From Octopus vulgaris (taxonomy: Eukaryota), in contig OX597816.1 in the NCBI GenBank assembly GCA_951406725.2, positions 142,848,001 to 142,912,000 of the forward strand: 64,000 nt of DNA, in the 5' to 3' direction. The notes under the pieces were generated by a model. That model did not search any database. It was not told where the DNA came from and worked only from the letters and a program-made list of their open reading frames with translations. Made by a program: the position numbers and the translations under genes. Of the stretch, positions 24,521 to 37,637 are shown piece after piece. Positions within the stretch are counted from its first letter, which is position 1, and each line of letters opens with the position of its first letter.

Positions 24521-25084
24521 AGGTTTGGCTGAACTCGTCATTTGTTTTGGGGTGTACAACTCATTACTCTCACCCACTCTCCCCACTTCTGTAGTGTAAT
24601 TCCACCTTTTTTTCTTTATCGTTGTTTCCTTGGTGAGGTAGTTATGTGTTGTTGCCTCTTCTCAATAATTTGATCTTTTATACTTCTAATATTTTTTTCT
24701 GTAAAAATATGTTGTCAATAAAATTATTTTCAAAAGCTGGTTTTTGGCAAAAAAAAATTCAAAAATTCAAAAGAGTGATTAAGATCTAAGGATGAGTAAT
24801 TGTAATGATGGGAACATAAGATAGATGCTACACCCCAGATGTCTTGACTAAAGTAGATGATTTATTATGGGGACCCCTACACATAGCCATTACCACAAAA
24901 ACTAAATTGCATGTCTTCAGCTGTAATGTGAAATCCATCCTTCTCTATAGATTAAGGACTTTTTCCAGTTATACTCAGGACTCTGACCTTCCTGTCTCAT
25001 GGTAAGCATGTCTGTGTGCAAAAGCTCTTACTTTGCAAATACATAGTTTCAAGTTTGATCCCATGGCATGTCATAAGTGTACCA

Positions 25085-25735
25085 TAGTGAAAGCATATGG
25101 TTTAGTGGTTGGGATATTTGGCATATGATCATAGGGTGATGCACCTTTGTGAAGGCACATTGTTCAATGGTTAAATGTCAGCCTCACAATCATAAGGTTG
25201 TGAGTTCAATTCCCGGACTGGGCTGTGTGTTGTGTTCTTTAGCAAGACACTTTATTTCACAATGCTCCAGTTCACTCAGCTGTTGGGGGACATCACTAGT
25301 GTCAAGTTGTATTGGCATTTTCCTTTCTCTTGGATAACATCAGTGACATGGACAGGGGATGCTGGTATGCATGGGCAACTGCTGGTCTTCCACAAACAAC
25401 CTTGCCCAGACTTGTGCCTCGGAGGGTAACTTTCTAGGTGCAATCCCATGGTCATTTATGATGTTCAATTACCAGCAACACATTGTGTCCTTCAGCAAGA
25501 CACTTTATTTCATATTGCTCAAGTCCACTCGGTAGGCAAAAATGAGTAGTACATGTATTTCAAAGGGCCAGCCTTATCATTTTCTGTTACACAATGAATC
25601 TCCTAGAGAACTATATTGAGAATAAGCATGCCTGTGAAGTGCTCAGCCACTTACACATTAATTTCATGAGCAGGCTATTCCGTTGATTGGATCTACTGGA
25701 ACCCTCATCATTGTAACCAAGAGAGTTCCAGTTCT
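25085..25735 (+). mobile_element. Cluster of tRNA-derived SINEs with CORE-like domain ('family E')
   Basis: GAGTTCAATTCCCGGAC B box; TGTGTTCTTTAGCAAGACACTTTATTTCAC..TGCTCCAGTTCACTCAGCTG. Intact example at 60232-60485; another at ~18470-18680. Confidence 0.7.
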
Positions 25736-27544
25736 ACCATTATCTCAGACTGACCAAATATTTTTGACTGAAATTTAATTAACAGAGAGAACTCTCTTTT
25801 TCCTTGGCTAGGTTTACTACCACCACCTGACCCTCAAATGCCATTAGCAGAGTACACTGCATTGTAAGCATTTGAGACAGGTTCCCAAATTGAGGCTAAC
25901 TTCCTCCCCCTTTCAGTCTTAGTGACACTGAGAAGCTTATGGGCACTGCCTCCATCCTTTGACTAAATCAATAAAAGAAGTGAAAAAATGTTTGCTCAGT
26001 AAACATAAGAGGAAAGGTTTCATTCCTGTCATAGGATCTATTGTTAGTACTTTTTATTCTTGCTGTTTTATGTTGTTTATAGTAGATTCTCTATTGATCT
26101 ACATTATATTATTATTTAATGTAGTCATGGGTACCTCTTTTGAAAAAGGATAGGATATGATTTAGAGGATATTTCACTGCTATTTCTAGCAGTTCAAATC
26201 ACCACAGAGAAGCCCTTTTAGTGGCTTGAAATTTACTGAATTTGTTGTTGTTGATGAGATTCAAATCAGAGTAATGAGCAGGCCAAATAACAAAAACCTC
26301 TAGCCACAACCAATTCATTTTTGATTTTCAGACATAGTATTTCAATGTCTTTGATATTTTAAAACAGTAGGTGTGATTTGAAAGATTTTTGGCTACTATT
26401 TCTGGCATTTCAAGTGACCTGTAAAGGTTCCTTGTTGCTGACTCAAAAATTTGCTTGGAAATTTGCTTGACAAAACAAAGATGTTGTATATATATATTTA
26501 TTATTTTTTTATTTCGTTAAATTACATTTAAATATATGAACAGTACTTCAGAATACATGTTTATATTCAGCTTGTTGCAACAAGTTTCATAATTGTCTTA
26601 AAACAAAAACCAGTTTGTTTCTCATTGAAAGCCATTGTTGATTTTGTAATTGTCACTGCTGTTGTTGTTGTTGTTGTTGTTGCTGCTGCTGTAATATTTG
26701 TTCTAGTTGTTGTTGTGTGAAGTGTCTAGTCTAGCTAAACACACCAAAAAAATAATACATACTGTACAAATGACTACATTGAAACAAGTTTCTTCTTGTG
26801 ACTAATTTCAGTAGATTTGTATGTAGTAGATGTGGTGGTGGTAGTGATGGTGGTGGTGTTGGTGGTGGTAGTGATGGTTTTGGTGGAATGGTGGTGGTGG
26901 TGGTGATGGTGGTGGTGGTGGTGGTGGTGGTGATGGTGGTGGTGATGGTTTTGGTGATGATGTTGGTGGTGGTGGTGGTGGTGGTGGTAGCTGTCATTAT
27001 TGTCATCGTTTTCATTGTTGCTACCATCATCATCATCATTACTATTATTATCATTGTCCCCAAACATGATGATGGTGGTGGTGGTGGTGGTGGTGGTGGT
27101 GGTATCATCATGGTAATTGTAATAGTGATTATGAAGTTGGTGATTGCAATAAGGTAGAGGGGTTATGGGCGGAAATAAAAAAGAAAATAATTTCCAATAA
27201 TGATAAAAAAAAGGGCAAATTAACTATTTGTCTTGTGCACTGATATGATATTATTTGTCAATTATTTAATCTTTTATAATAAATGTTCTATTGCCATGGA
27301 AGTTAGTACTGCTGTCTTTATCCCCCAAAATTTAGTACATATTCTCAAAAGTTAGGTGTACTAAGGAAATATAAAAAAGTATTGTTCTAATCTGAAACAG
27401 TGAGATGCTGGTAGTGGATTTGTTCAATAATTTATATACATTACATTACTTTATGGTGATGATGGTAATCCATCCATCCAGATATCCATCTGCATGTACA
27501 TCCATCCATTCACACATACACACATGCATACATCCAATACCCAA

Positions 27545-28160
27545 AATACACTTTTAGTTTCATACCTATTATCATTCAAGCAGCAAGAGACATACTAAAC
27601 CTGGCTGGAGCAAAGTATGGTTGAACTTGGGTTTTTGGGAAGGAATGTGACTCATTAATTCATTTGCTGAAAAGGATCACAATATCTGGGGCAGTAAAAA
27701 TCTTCATGACCTTCTTAAGATTTAAAAGAGAATGAATAAAACAAGATAGTTTCCTTCACAACCTTGCTACCAAACAGGTAACCAGTCAAAAACTAATGTT
27801 AAATTACAAAAGGAAAAGAATACATACATACATACTGACATACATACATACATACATACATACATACATACATACATACATACATACATACATACTACAG
27901 ATCCAAACCATCACTAGAACTGTAAAAACCTGTAAAACTTTCGAGTTTATCATTTAAGTATATATGAACATGTCTAAATCTACATACAAAAACAAAACAT
28001 ACAAATTTGCACATACATGCATGCACACGCACACACACATACCCAGCTGATGTTGTTGAAATTCCATTGAAGGAACCTTGGATCTAGGTTAGAAACCAAC
28101 TCTTTCTCTATTGACAAGAAATCTTGAAATAAAACTGAATAAAGGCATACATACATACAC
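27545..28160 (+). pseudogene. R4/Dong-like (RLE) non-LTR 3' ends interleaved with (CATA)n
   Basis: FSFIPIIIQAA...ELGF..KECDSLIHLLKRITISGAVKIFMTFLRF (27550-27723). A second terminal piece, LQIQTITRTVKTCKTF (27895-27945), is homologous to 32631-32720. Confidence 0.5.
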
Positions 28161-28559
28161 ACATACATATATACATGTATGCATGTATATATGTTGCAAT
28201 GACTGAAACAGGTACTAAAATGCTCTTCATGATTAAATTATTTAAGCATTTTCTACTTTGTCTTATATATATATATATATATATATATATAATGACTGTC
28301 AGCTCATGAAACAGTATGACCACCACTGAGAAATAATCTTATCTAACATGTTTAAGACAATGATGATCAGCAATACCCGTGCTGAAAATTAAAGTCAATA
28401 ATTCAATAACAGCTTGCACAACACCACTTAGACTTTTATTTACAAAGCCATGTTGTTTGGAAATAAACATAAGCAAGATCTCCAGCTTTCCAATGGTGTT
28501 GAAATTATTTTGGAATTTCTTGCTTTGTGAGCTGTCTAAACAAAGACTAGGGATCTCTT

Positions 28560-28779
28560 ATTTCCAGCTGTTGGATGGTCATTGACTCTACTGAGTTTGT
28601 CCTTTAACAGGCTTTGTTTTTCATACTACAGGTTGTCCATCAAATCCCTTATCTAATTACCAAGCAGACTTGCCAGGTTGCCAATTTAGTATCCAACAGT
28701 CCAACCAAGTTGTGCTGGGTTACATGTTACCAATACCACTAAGAGTGAATTGTAACACAATACAACTTGGTTGGACTGT
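28560..28779 (-). mobile_element. Diverged copy of the RTE 5'-UTR-like element at 34338-34836, ending in an 84-nt hairpin
   Basis: TTGGATGGTCATTGACTCT, TTTGTTTTTCAT and ACCAAGCAGACTTG align with 34697-34800. Inverted repeat at 28696-28724 / 28751-28779. Confidence 0.55.
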
Positions 28780-29187
28780 ATATATATGCATATGTACATA
28801 CATTCGGGCATATATGCATGCATACATATCATATATACATATTTTCATTTGTACCTATGATCATAGGTGCATTTGGTTATGTAACAACAGGTTTGCATAC
28901 AAACCAAGAAATGCAGGATTTCACCAACAAAGAATAAAGCAAACTAATTCACTTTCTCCAAATATGATTGATTAAAGAGATTGTGAGAATTGTTAAAGCA
29001 TTCCAAGGATTCTCCATCTGAGTTTCTTAGATTGAACATAATCACAACATACAACATACATACCTATGCATGTACATTAACAACAATGAATGACACACAT
29101 GTGTGCTAAAGTAACATTCAGATACATTGCATGCGTGCAAGCTTATTTACACATGCACCTACATATATGCACACACCTTCTCATATA

Positions 29188-29232
<45 letters not shown>

Positions 29233-29517
29233 GTATGTATGTATGTATGTATGTATGTATGTGTGTATGTGTGTGTGCATCTATGTATATATATATATAT
29301 ATAAAATTACAATTCACCATGTGGGAATAATCGAAATTCTTCTCCTCCCTTTTTCTTATTATATATATGTGTATATATTCTCAAAGCCCAGGAACTGTCT
29401 TAACTTCAAAGAGCTTTGTCACTTTGTTAGTGAGTGGTTTGAATTCTTCAAAAGAAGAACTTAAATATCTCAAAGAAAAACATACATACTTGCACACGCA
29501 TGCATACATATATACAC

Positions 29518-29582
<65 letters not shown>

Positions 29583-30281
29583 TTCAATCAAAGTGAATCG
29601 TGGTTATATACCATCAGAAAAGAATATTGTATCAACAGCAACAGTAAATATACGCAATAAGTTTGAAATTTTCTCCAAAGTTATGGAAAAGCTGCAAAAT
29701 GGGTAGGCAGTAGAAAGAAACCCATCAGTTGGGAACTAGTTCAACATGTCAACATGCTACAGGCTGCACTGCCCATTGCTGCTCTGGCCCATTCTCTTCC
29801 TATTCTATTGCTACATAATGACTTCTCTGAATAAGCTAGTTGCATATCATCTCCACAGAGGTTTGTCTGACACATCTGTCTCTCCTCTTTTTGTCACCCT
29901 TACTATGTCTTGCCCTTGAGATTTATAACTAATCCCTTTGATTAATTCTTCTTTCCTAGAAAGTGAACTGACATGAATTCCTTTCATACTCATATCTTTT
30001 CCTTCTAATACTTACAGATGTTTAAAATAAACATCGACTGCATCAATCTCCTCCTCAATTTCAAAGAGATTGTGAGGATATTATTGTCACCATCTCTTCC
30101 TCCTGACTAAATCACTAAAAAGTAACATGTATATATGCAGACATAGCTGTATGGTTAAAAAGCTAGCTTCCCAAACATTTGGTCTTTATATTTATATGTA
30201 GGTATGTATGTATTGCTGAAAGATTAAAATATTTTCACAAATATTTTCTCCTGAATTATTTGCTTCATATTGAAATTATTT

Positions 30282-30332
<51 letters not shown>

Positions 30333-31539
30333 TTAAAATTTTTTTAAAGGAAAAAGAATGACCTCAATGGTAGTTCTAATCAGTTTAATTTATTATTTTT
30401 TAATTTTTTAGTAATATAAATTTTACACTTTTGTTCGTAGATCTAGTAAGTTCTTTGTTAACTTGGGTGGAAAGATATTTTTTTCAAATTCCTTATTAAC
30501 TTTACTGGAGAAGTTTCTCACATTCGTTGTCAAACAGATCTGAAGGTTTGGGGTTTGTGATTTTATATATGGGATTTGAGTGTGTTTGGAGTGGGATTGG
30601 GGTTTGTTAATCAGTGTGGGAGTGAAAAGGTATTGATGAATAAGAGCTGAAAGGAAATAATGAATTGTCAAAACAAGATACTTGATTGGGAGTGGAGTTG
30701 GGAGATGGTGGGGTGTTAAAGGAATGTTTTATGAAGCCATTTGAATAGTTGACCTTTGGTGAGAAATATAATGGACAGATGTTTTTTCCAAATTTTTTCT
30801 CTTAGTAATTTTCTATGTTTTTGGTGTGTGTCTGGGGTGATGTTTTGATGAGCTAGGTGTAAAATACATGTCTTTTGATAAAAATGTTTATTGATTATCT
30901 GTCTTTACGTTCTGAGTTCAAATTCCGCCAAGGTCAACTTTGCCTTTCATCCTTTCGGGGACAACGATAAATTAAGAACCAGTTACACACTGGGGTCAAT
31001 GTAATCGACTTAATCCCTTTGTCTGTCCTTGTTTGTCCCCTTTATGTTTAGCCCCTTGTGGGTAATAAAGAAATAAGAAATGTTTTTTTTGTATATTGGC
31101 TTGGGAAGGGAGGTGGGAGAGATCATGCTAGCTCACATATTTACTTCCCTATATATAATAAACAAAAAGTATATATAATCTCTTTCTTTCTCTCTCTCTC
31201 CCTCAAACCCCACTCTAATTTCATTGGTCCTTCTCTTGCTTCAACTCTACAACCTTTGTCTCATCAAAGTGACATCACCAATCTTAGTCTTTTCTATTGT
31301 TGTTGCCACAGAAAGTGCTCTGACCGAATCTTCTCATTTAGTTCCAGATCGCTTTATGCCATCTCACCAAACTCAAAACTATTGGTGTCTTCATCCAAAT
31401 GCTGTTGTGCTTCCACAAATATTGAAGTCTTTCTATGATCATAGCTTTCTTTTTCTCGAACTGTCACACTTTGGAACTCTCTTCCATTTCATTATTTTCC
31501 TCTTTCTTATGACCTGAACTTTTTCAAGTCTGAAGTAAA

Positions 31540-31998
31540 TTCATTCCTTTCACTTTAATTTCTCTTTCATAGTCCCTTACACTAAGTGGCTTCTTGCTTT
31601 GTTTGATACTTTCTTATCTATAAAATTTTTAAAAACTGTATGACACAATGTGTGAGAAGACCAGTTATTTGTATTATGGGCATAGTCTATGGGTCTCATA
31701 CACTTTTTGATGACATAATGCAGGAGCAATAACATTTTCAGATTTCTTCCAGCCACAGAGCATCTTAGTTAGATTCCTTCTCTTCACTTCAGATTTTCCT
31801 CCAGAAGGAGTCTATGTCTTCTCATGAAAGAGCTTCTGTGATGTTTACAGCTCCTCCCCTCATGTTTCTATATGCTGCTGCCTGGTTGCAGTTAAATTTT
31901 TTTGTTTATTGTTCTTTTCTCGGTTATTCTCTTCTGATGTCGGAGTTTTTCACTGACAGCTTTTAGCTCCTGCTTTAGGGTAATCAGTTTGCAAGTGA
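31540..31998 (-). pseudogene. R4/Dong-like non-LTR ORF fragment abutting (TATG)n
   Basis: LKQELKAVSEKLRHQKRITEKRTINKK resembles the pre-RT helical region of RLE LINEs. Confidence 0.4.
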
Positions 31999-32100
31999 GT
32001 GTATGTATGTATGTATGTATGTATGTATGTATGTATGTATGGATGGATGGATGGATGGATGGATGGATGTCTTCTGTATGTACATAAGTCCTTATGTCTA

Positions 32101-32135
<35 letters not shown>

Positions 32136-32479
32136 CTATGTATGTATGTATGTATGTATGTATGTATGTATGTATGTATCCATGTATATATGCATATATA
32201 CATGCCTGTATGTATATGTGACTGCAAGTACTGTATGTATGCATGTATGTATGTATGTATGTACGTATGTATGTATGTATGTATGCATGCATGTATGTAT
32301 GCATGTATTTATGTCTGTCTGTCTGTATGTATGTATGTATGTATGTATGTATGTATGTATGTATGTATATATGTATGTATGTATGTATGTAAGGGGGTGA
32401 AGGTGTATCTAATTGGTTCAGAAAGTCATTTTGCAATCATGAGGTCCCAAGCCTGATCCCACCATGTAGCATCTTGTGC

Positions 32480-32760
32480 ATGTTGTATTTATATCCTGAG
32501 GATGATTCCAGCAAATGAATGAAATTGTGTCATCAAAGCATGTATAGGAGCCATAGACTATGCCTATAATACAAATTATTGGTCTTCTTAAATATTCTCA
32601 GGACCAGAAAAGAGAAAGCTAATTCGAAGACTACAGATCCAATCTATCACTGGAATTGTAAAAATCTGTAAAACTTTCCAGAAGTTTATCATATTTAAAT
32701 ATATATGAGCATGTCTAGATATGCAACTATATGCATGAGAAGACATGCATAAAACATACA
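32480..32760 (+). pseudogene. R4/Dong-like 3' end followed by (TACA)n
   Basis: RKLIRRLQIQSITGIVKICKTFQKF, a short UTR, then (TACA)n. Confidence 0.5.
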
Positions 32761-32786
32761 AATCTGTACATACATACATACATACA

Positions 32787-32817
<31 letters not shown>

Positions 32818-32944
32818 TTGAGTAGTAGAATGAATTATCTTGTTATGGATAATTCGGTTAACCGATACCTGGGTAGCAAATTCACATCAGAGAAGACACG
32901 TTTGAAGTTACGTGCTTTCGTGGAAATTTGTATGTTTTTTTTAA

Positions 32945-33065
32945 AAATATAAATATATGAAAGAATGGAGTTGAACGACGAATTAACAAAATTCCTTTAT
33001 TTTCGACATGTTTCGAAGGCTGCATATTCCTAATTGCGAAGGAATAAGGAGTATATTATGCCGAT
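32945..33065 (-). mobile_element. Probable Penelope-like pLTR end with the 3' half of a hammerhead
   Basis: Minus strand ...GCCTTC-GAAA-CATG-TC-GAAAATAAAGG (palindromic ACATGT, GUC, then AATAAA). The CUGANGA half is absent; (CATA)n lies there. Confidence 0.45.
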
Positions 33066-33112
33066 ACATACATTCATACATTCAAACATACATACATACA
33101 TACATACATACA

Positions 33113-33146
<34 letters not shown>

Positions 33147-33277
33147 CATACATACATACATACATACATACATACATACATACATACACACATACTTACA
33201 TACTTGCCTGACCAATAATATAACTTTTTCTAACTCTACTACTACTGCAACTAACACCTTTAACACCACATCACTTA

Positions 33278-33310
<33 letters not shown>

Positions 33311-34337
33311 AACCTCCACTAATACCACCACAACAATAACCTCAACTATTACCACCACTACCACCACAACGACAACAAGAACAACAACAGCAACAACAAT
33401 AGCAATTACTACTACTACTATACTACTATTACCAGATCAACAACAGCAACAACATATACCATTATAACTACTACTATTACTACTACTACTACTACTATTA
33501 CCATAACCACCACCACTACCACCACTACAACAACAGCAACTACTACTACCACTACCACCACCACTACTACTACCACCACTGCCACCACAACTACTACTAT
33601 TACTACTACTAGTACTACTACTAGTATTATTGTTCCTGCGGCCATCAAAATCATTGTCTCTACTATCATCAGCAACATAACTTCGACAACCACAATCATT
33701 ACCTCCCCCACAATTAATACTGCCACCATCAGCACTTCTTTCCTTCTGTCCATTATACTACAATTACTACAAAGACCACCACCATCACTACCACCTGTAG
33801 GAACAGATCTAACAGTAATGCTGCCGTTACCATAGCAACATTCTATGATATTTGATCACGTTTCTGATATTTTCCAAATTTCACCCTATTTATTGGCCCT
33901 TAGTTTCCACAACACCAATATTAATATTTTGTACAACTACACATGCACCCATATATATATATTGTATCTTTTCATTTGTCTTGCTCGCTTACGTTCTGGC
34001 ATTTCTTGAATTTTCTTGAGAAGAATCTTTTCTTAGTGGTAAGACCATAAGGGGTCTACTTCTAGCATAATGGATGTCCACTTAGTGGTCATTCCACTTG
34101 TATGTATGTAATATAATTTTTCTGAATCTTCAGTTTTCAATAAGCTAGGCTGCTGGTTTTTGATATTAATCAAATTAATATTCAATTTTTCACCCTTATT
34201 ATTTTAAATTTAAATTTAAATTTATATACATATATAGATAGATAAATAGATAGATAGATAGATAGATAGATATCATACATATATATATATATATACACAC
34301 ACACATACATATATATAAATATATATGTATACACATG

Positions 34338-34836
34338 GTGGCTGACCCCTCGTTATCGAGTATGGCCATTGCACGAAGCTTAATCAATGTTGTTATTGTG
34401 CAATGCCTGTGCAAGAAGATTTTTTTTTAAAGTGAGGAAAGGCTGTGCACTGAGTCAATCCCACTCACTAAGCAACAGCAGCCATAATCCGAAAAGAAGA
34501 ACAAGTCAACATCATCGGTAACCACTGAGCCGCAGGTTTTATGTCGGAGTTATCCCAGTTACCTGAGTTACCTTCTCCTAGAAGGATGCCCTAACAAAGG
34601 CTAGGAGTCCTTCACGCCCAATGGTTTAACCATGCGATCGGGTATTCAGTCCGATTATTTCTATGTCCCCGTGCATGATACAGCCTTAAGACATTTATTG
34701 GATGGCCGTTGACTCTTAAGAGTTCCTCCGCCCTTTGACGGGTTTGGTTTTTCATCCCACGGTGTTCAATAAACACCCACCTCACCAAGCAAGCTTGGTA
34801 GGGCTGCTGGTTTAGTCGCCAATGACCCGACCATGC
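34338..34836 (-). mobile_element. RTE 5'-UTR-derived, probably non-autonomous element
   Basis: Minus strand has GTTAGGGCATCCTTCTAGGAGAAGGTAACTC, resembling the conserved RTE 5'UTR motif GGGCAACC..CTAGGAGAAGG(A)AAACTC. CpG-rich, non-coding, flanked by microsatellites. Confidence 0.6.
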
Positions 34837-35189
34837 ATACATACATGTGAGTGTGTGTGCATTGTGTGTTTGCTGGTGTTAAATATGTACAATAACTAGA
34901 GCGTTGTAAATAATTTCAAGGTTGCAAGCATTTTTCTCCCTCTTCACACTCTCTTTTCTCAGCGTCTGTGTCTTTTTCAGTCTGTATGTCTGTCTGTCTC
35001 TTTTATCCTCCTTCTCCTTCTCTCCCTCTCTCTCTCTTCCTCTCTGACTATATATTTGTGTGTATGTGTCTGAGCATGTAAATGTGTGTGTGTGTGTGTG
35101 CATATATATATATATACTTATATATATATATATATACGTACATACATACATATATATATACACACACAACACATGCATGCACACACACA

Positions 35190-36860
35190 CATCACCATTT
35201 TATGCACACTCTGTAATCTAGCATGGATTGAACAGTTTGACAAAGACCACAATTTGTTCCCAAGGCCTCTGTTTCAGCTTGATTTCTACAGCTGAATGCC
35301 CTTCTTAATGCCAACCACTGTACAATATATACTGGGTGCATTTTGTTTCATAGCAACAACACTTTAGTTATTGTCTTGTCTACAACAAGATTAAAGAGTC
35401 CTCTTAGATCCTACATTGTCTCTGCTCTGTTTGCCAGTCACTTTTTAGTGCGGCAGCTGCTTTTATATTCTGCCAGCACTAGTGAAATCACTTTGTAATT
35501 TACTGGTTGAAAGATTCTTCTCCACTGAAAGAGAGAATAGTAAAGTGAGAAATTAGCTAAGGTGTTAGCAGAAGTTACAGTAGGATTGGAGTAATGGGTT
35601 TGTCTTTATGTGGTTGTGGAAGTGTTGAGAGTAATGGGCAAGGAGGAGCCAGAGTATATTCTCAAAGTAACATGCCCAAGAAGTTGAATGGAAGGGAGCA
35701 TATTAACAAAGGACTCAGAGAGAGTGAGTGAAAGTTGCAAGAATGCAATCCATGCCTTTCTGCTCAAGCATCATGGTTTGGAAGGATAGATGAAGGAGGA
35801 GTAGCAGATAATGAGAGGTAGACATAGGTAGTATTCAGAAAGGGTAAGTGAATATGTGAAGAGTTACTGGGGAGATAGGAGAGTATCAGAGAGGTACAGA
35901 AGGATCAGGGGACTCAGTGTGCACATGTCAAATGATTTTCTCCTAGTCAAGGGTGGATTAGTATGATGAAAAGAGATGATGGGGAAATGAGGGTATAAAA
36001 TAGGTAATGGAGATTGAAGAGACTAAGGAGGTGTAAGAGAATGGAACAGGCTGTTGCAGGGATTAGTGTGTATATTACTCTGTTATTTTAGCTGGAATTT
36101 CAACAAGCAAGAGGTTGGGTCTTCTACAGCACTATGCATTACTAGTTGACACAGTCCTCAGTCATCTTGGTCAGATGAAGTACTTTGATATTATTTCTCA
36201 CCACCTCATCCCAAGTCTTCTCCAGTCTTGCTCTTCCACAGACATCATTCACTTTAAGTGCTCAGCATTCATTTTGCAGCAGTCATCCCAAAAGAACTCA
36301 TTGCACTCTCTCGCATACTACGTCTGATTCATTTCACACCCAGTTTGTCTCTCAGTTCATTTATGCTTTGTCATACTTGCACACTAACATGTTATATCCA
36401 GTAAAGTATTCTCAGTACATTTATTTCTAGTCTTTGCATGTAATCCACATTCAAGTCCCATGCCTTATTGTCATGTAGCAGCACATTTTGCACACAAGTA
36501 TCATACAATCTGCCCTTGATCTTGATGGATAAGCCCTTTGTTGCCAGTAGGGCTAATAGTTCTTTGAAATTTCTACAGCTTGTTGATATTCTGACTAATA
36601 CACTTTCAGAATACCCATCCCCACTGCTAATTAGGTCACCTAGGTAACAAAAGCTATCAATTACTTCTATAAAGTCATCTGGACATTTGAGGAAGTCAAT
36701 TTTCCAAGCACACTTAGTGCTTATTACCTCAGTGTGCCTGTGGCATATGAAATCTATCATCCTGATAGCCTGCCTGTAATTCCACTGCACCTCTTATGTG
36801 TTCATTGTCTTTGTTGAACACGTCTTATAAAATTTCTACTCACTCCTTTTCTGAAAATAG
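35190..36860 (-). mobile_element. Older RTE LINE 3' portion (ORF 36100-36860 plus long 3'UTR)
   Basis: IEVIDSFCYLGDLISSG...GRLYDTCVQNVLLH...RLEIN (ORF 36392-36790); family-A-like terminus near 35190-35350. Confidence 0.75.
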
Positions 36861-37637
36861 AGCTTGGCCATTTTTGCACACCACATTTGATGCTTCTTAT
36901 GCCCAACTTTTCTCTCAAGGCACTTACACTCTGTCGTGTATGCACACTGACATTACACATCCAGTGGATCATACTAGCTTCATTTCTTTCAAGCCTACAC
37001 ATATCCTCAGCAGTCATGGCCCATGTTTCACTGCCGTGTAGCTTGGCTGTTCGCACACATGCATCATACAGTCCACTTTTCAACAGAAAGGAATAAGGCC
37101 ACTTATGCATACCTTTCCTTCATTGGACACTAAACTTTGCTTGCAAAGACCTGTTGAGGCAAGTGAAATTGAAATCAAAATCAAATTCGATGACTGGCAT
37201 CCATGCTAGTGGAGCGCTGAGAGCACCATTCAAACGTGATTGTTGCCAGAGCAGCTGACTGGCTTCCATGCTGGTGGCATGTAAAAAAGCACCATTCAAG
37301 CATGATTGTTACCAGCGTCGCCTTACTGGCACATGAAAAAACATTCGAGTGAGGTCGTTGCCAGTGCCCCCTGACTGACTCCTGTGCAGGTAGCATGTAA
37401 AAAACACCATTTGAGTGTGGCCATTGCTAGTACCGCCTGACTGGCCCTCGTGCTAGTGGCCCGTAAAAGCACCCACTGCACTCTCGGAGTGATTGGTGTT
37501 AGGAAGGGCATACAGCTGTAGAAACTCTGCCATATAAGATTGGAGCCTGGTGCAGCCATCTGGTTCGCCAGCCCTCAGTCAAATCATCCAACCCATGCCA
37601 GCATGGAAAGCGGATGTTAAATGATGATGATGATGAC
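36860..37637. mobile_element. RTE insertion with an inverted 5' part (minus ORF piece joined to plus 3'UTR)
   Basis: 36860-37090(-) encodes GLYDACVRTAKLHGSETWAM...RLERNEASM. From ~37100 the plus strand matches the 9030-9513 3'UTR, with about five tandem units. Confidence 0.7.

Noticed and set aside
30420-30890. PLE or LINE coding relic on the minus strand
   Set aside because: Composition is suggestive but no diagnostic motif could be read with confidence.
37205-37480. CRISPR-like repeat array
   Set aside because: Units are degenerate full-length tandem repeats in a LINE 3'UTR, with no unique spacers and no cas genes, in a eukaryotic context.
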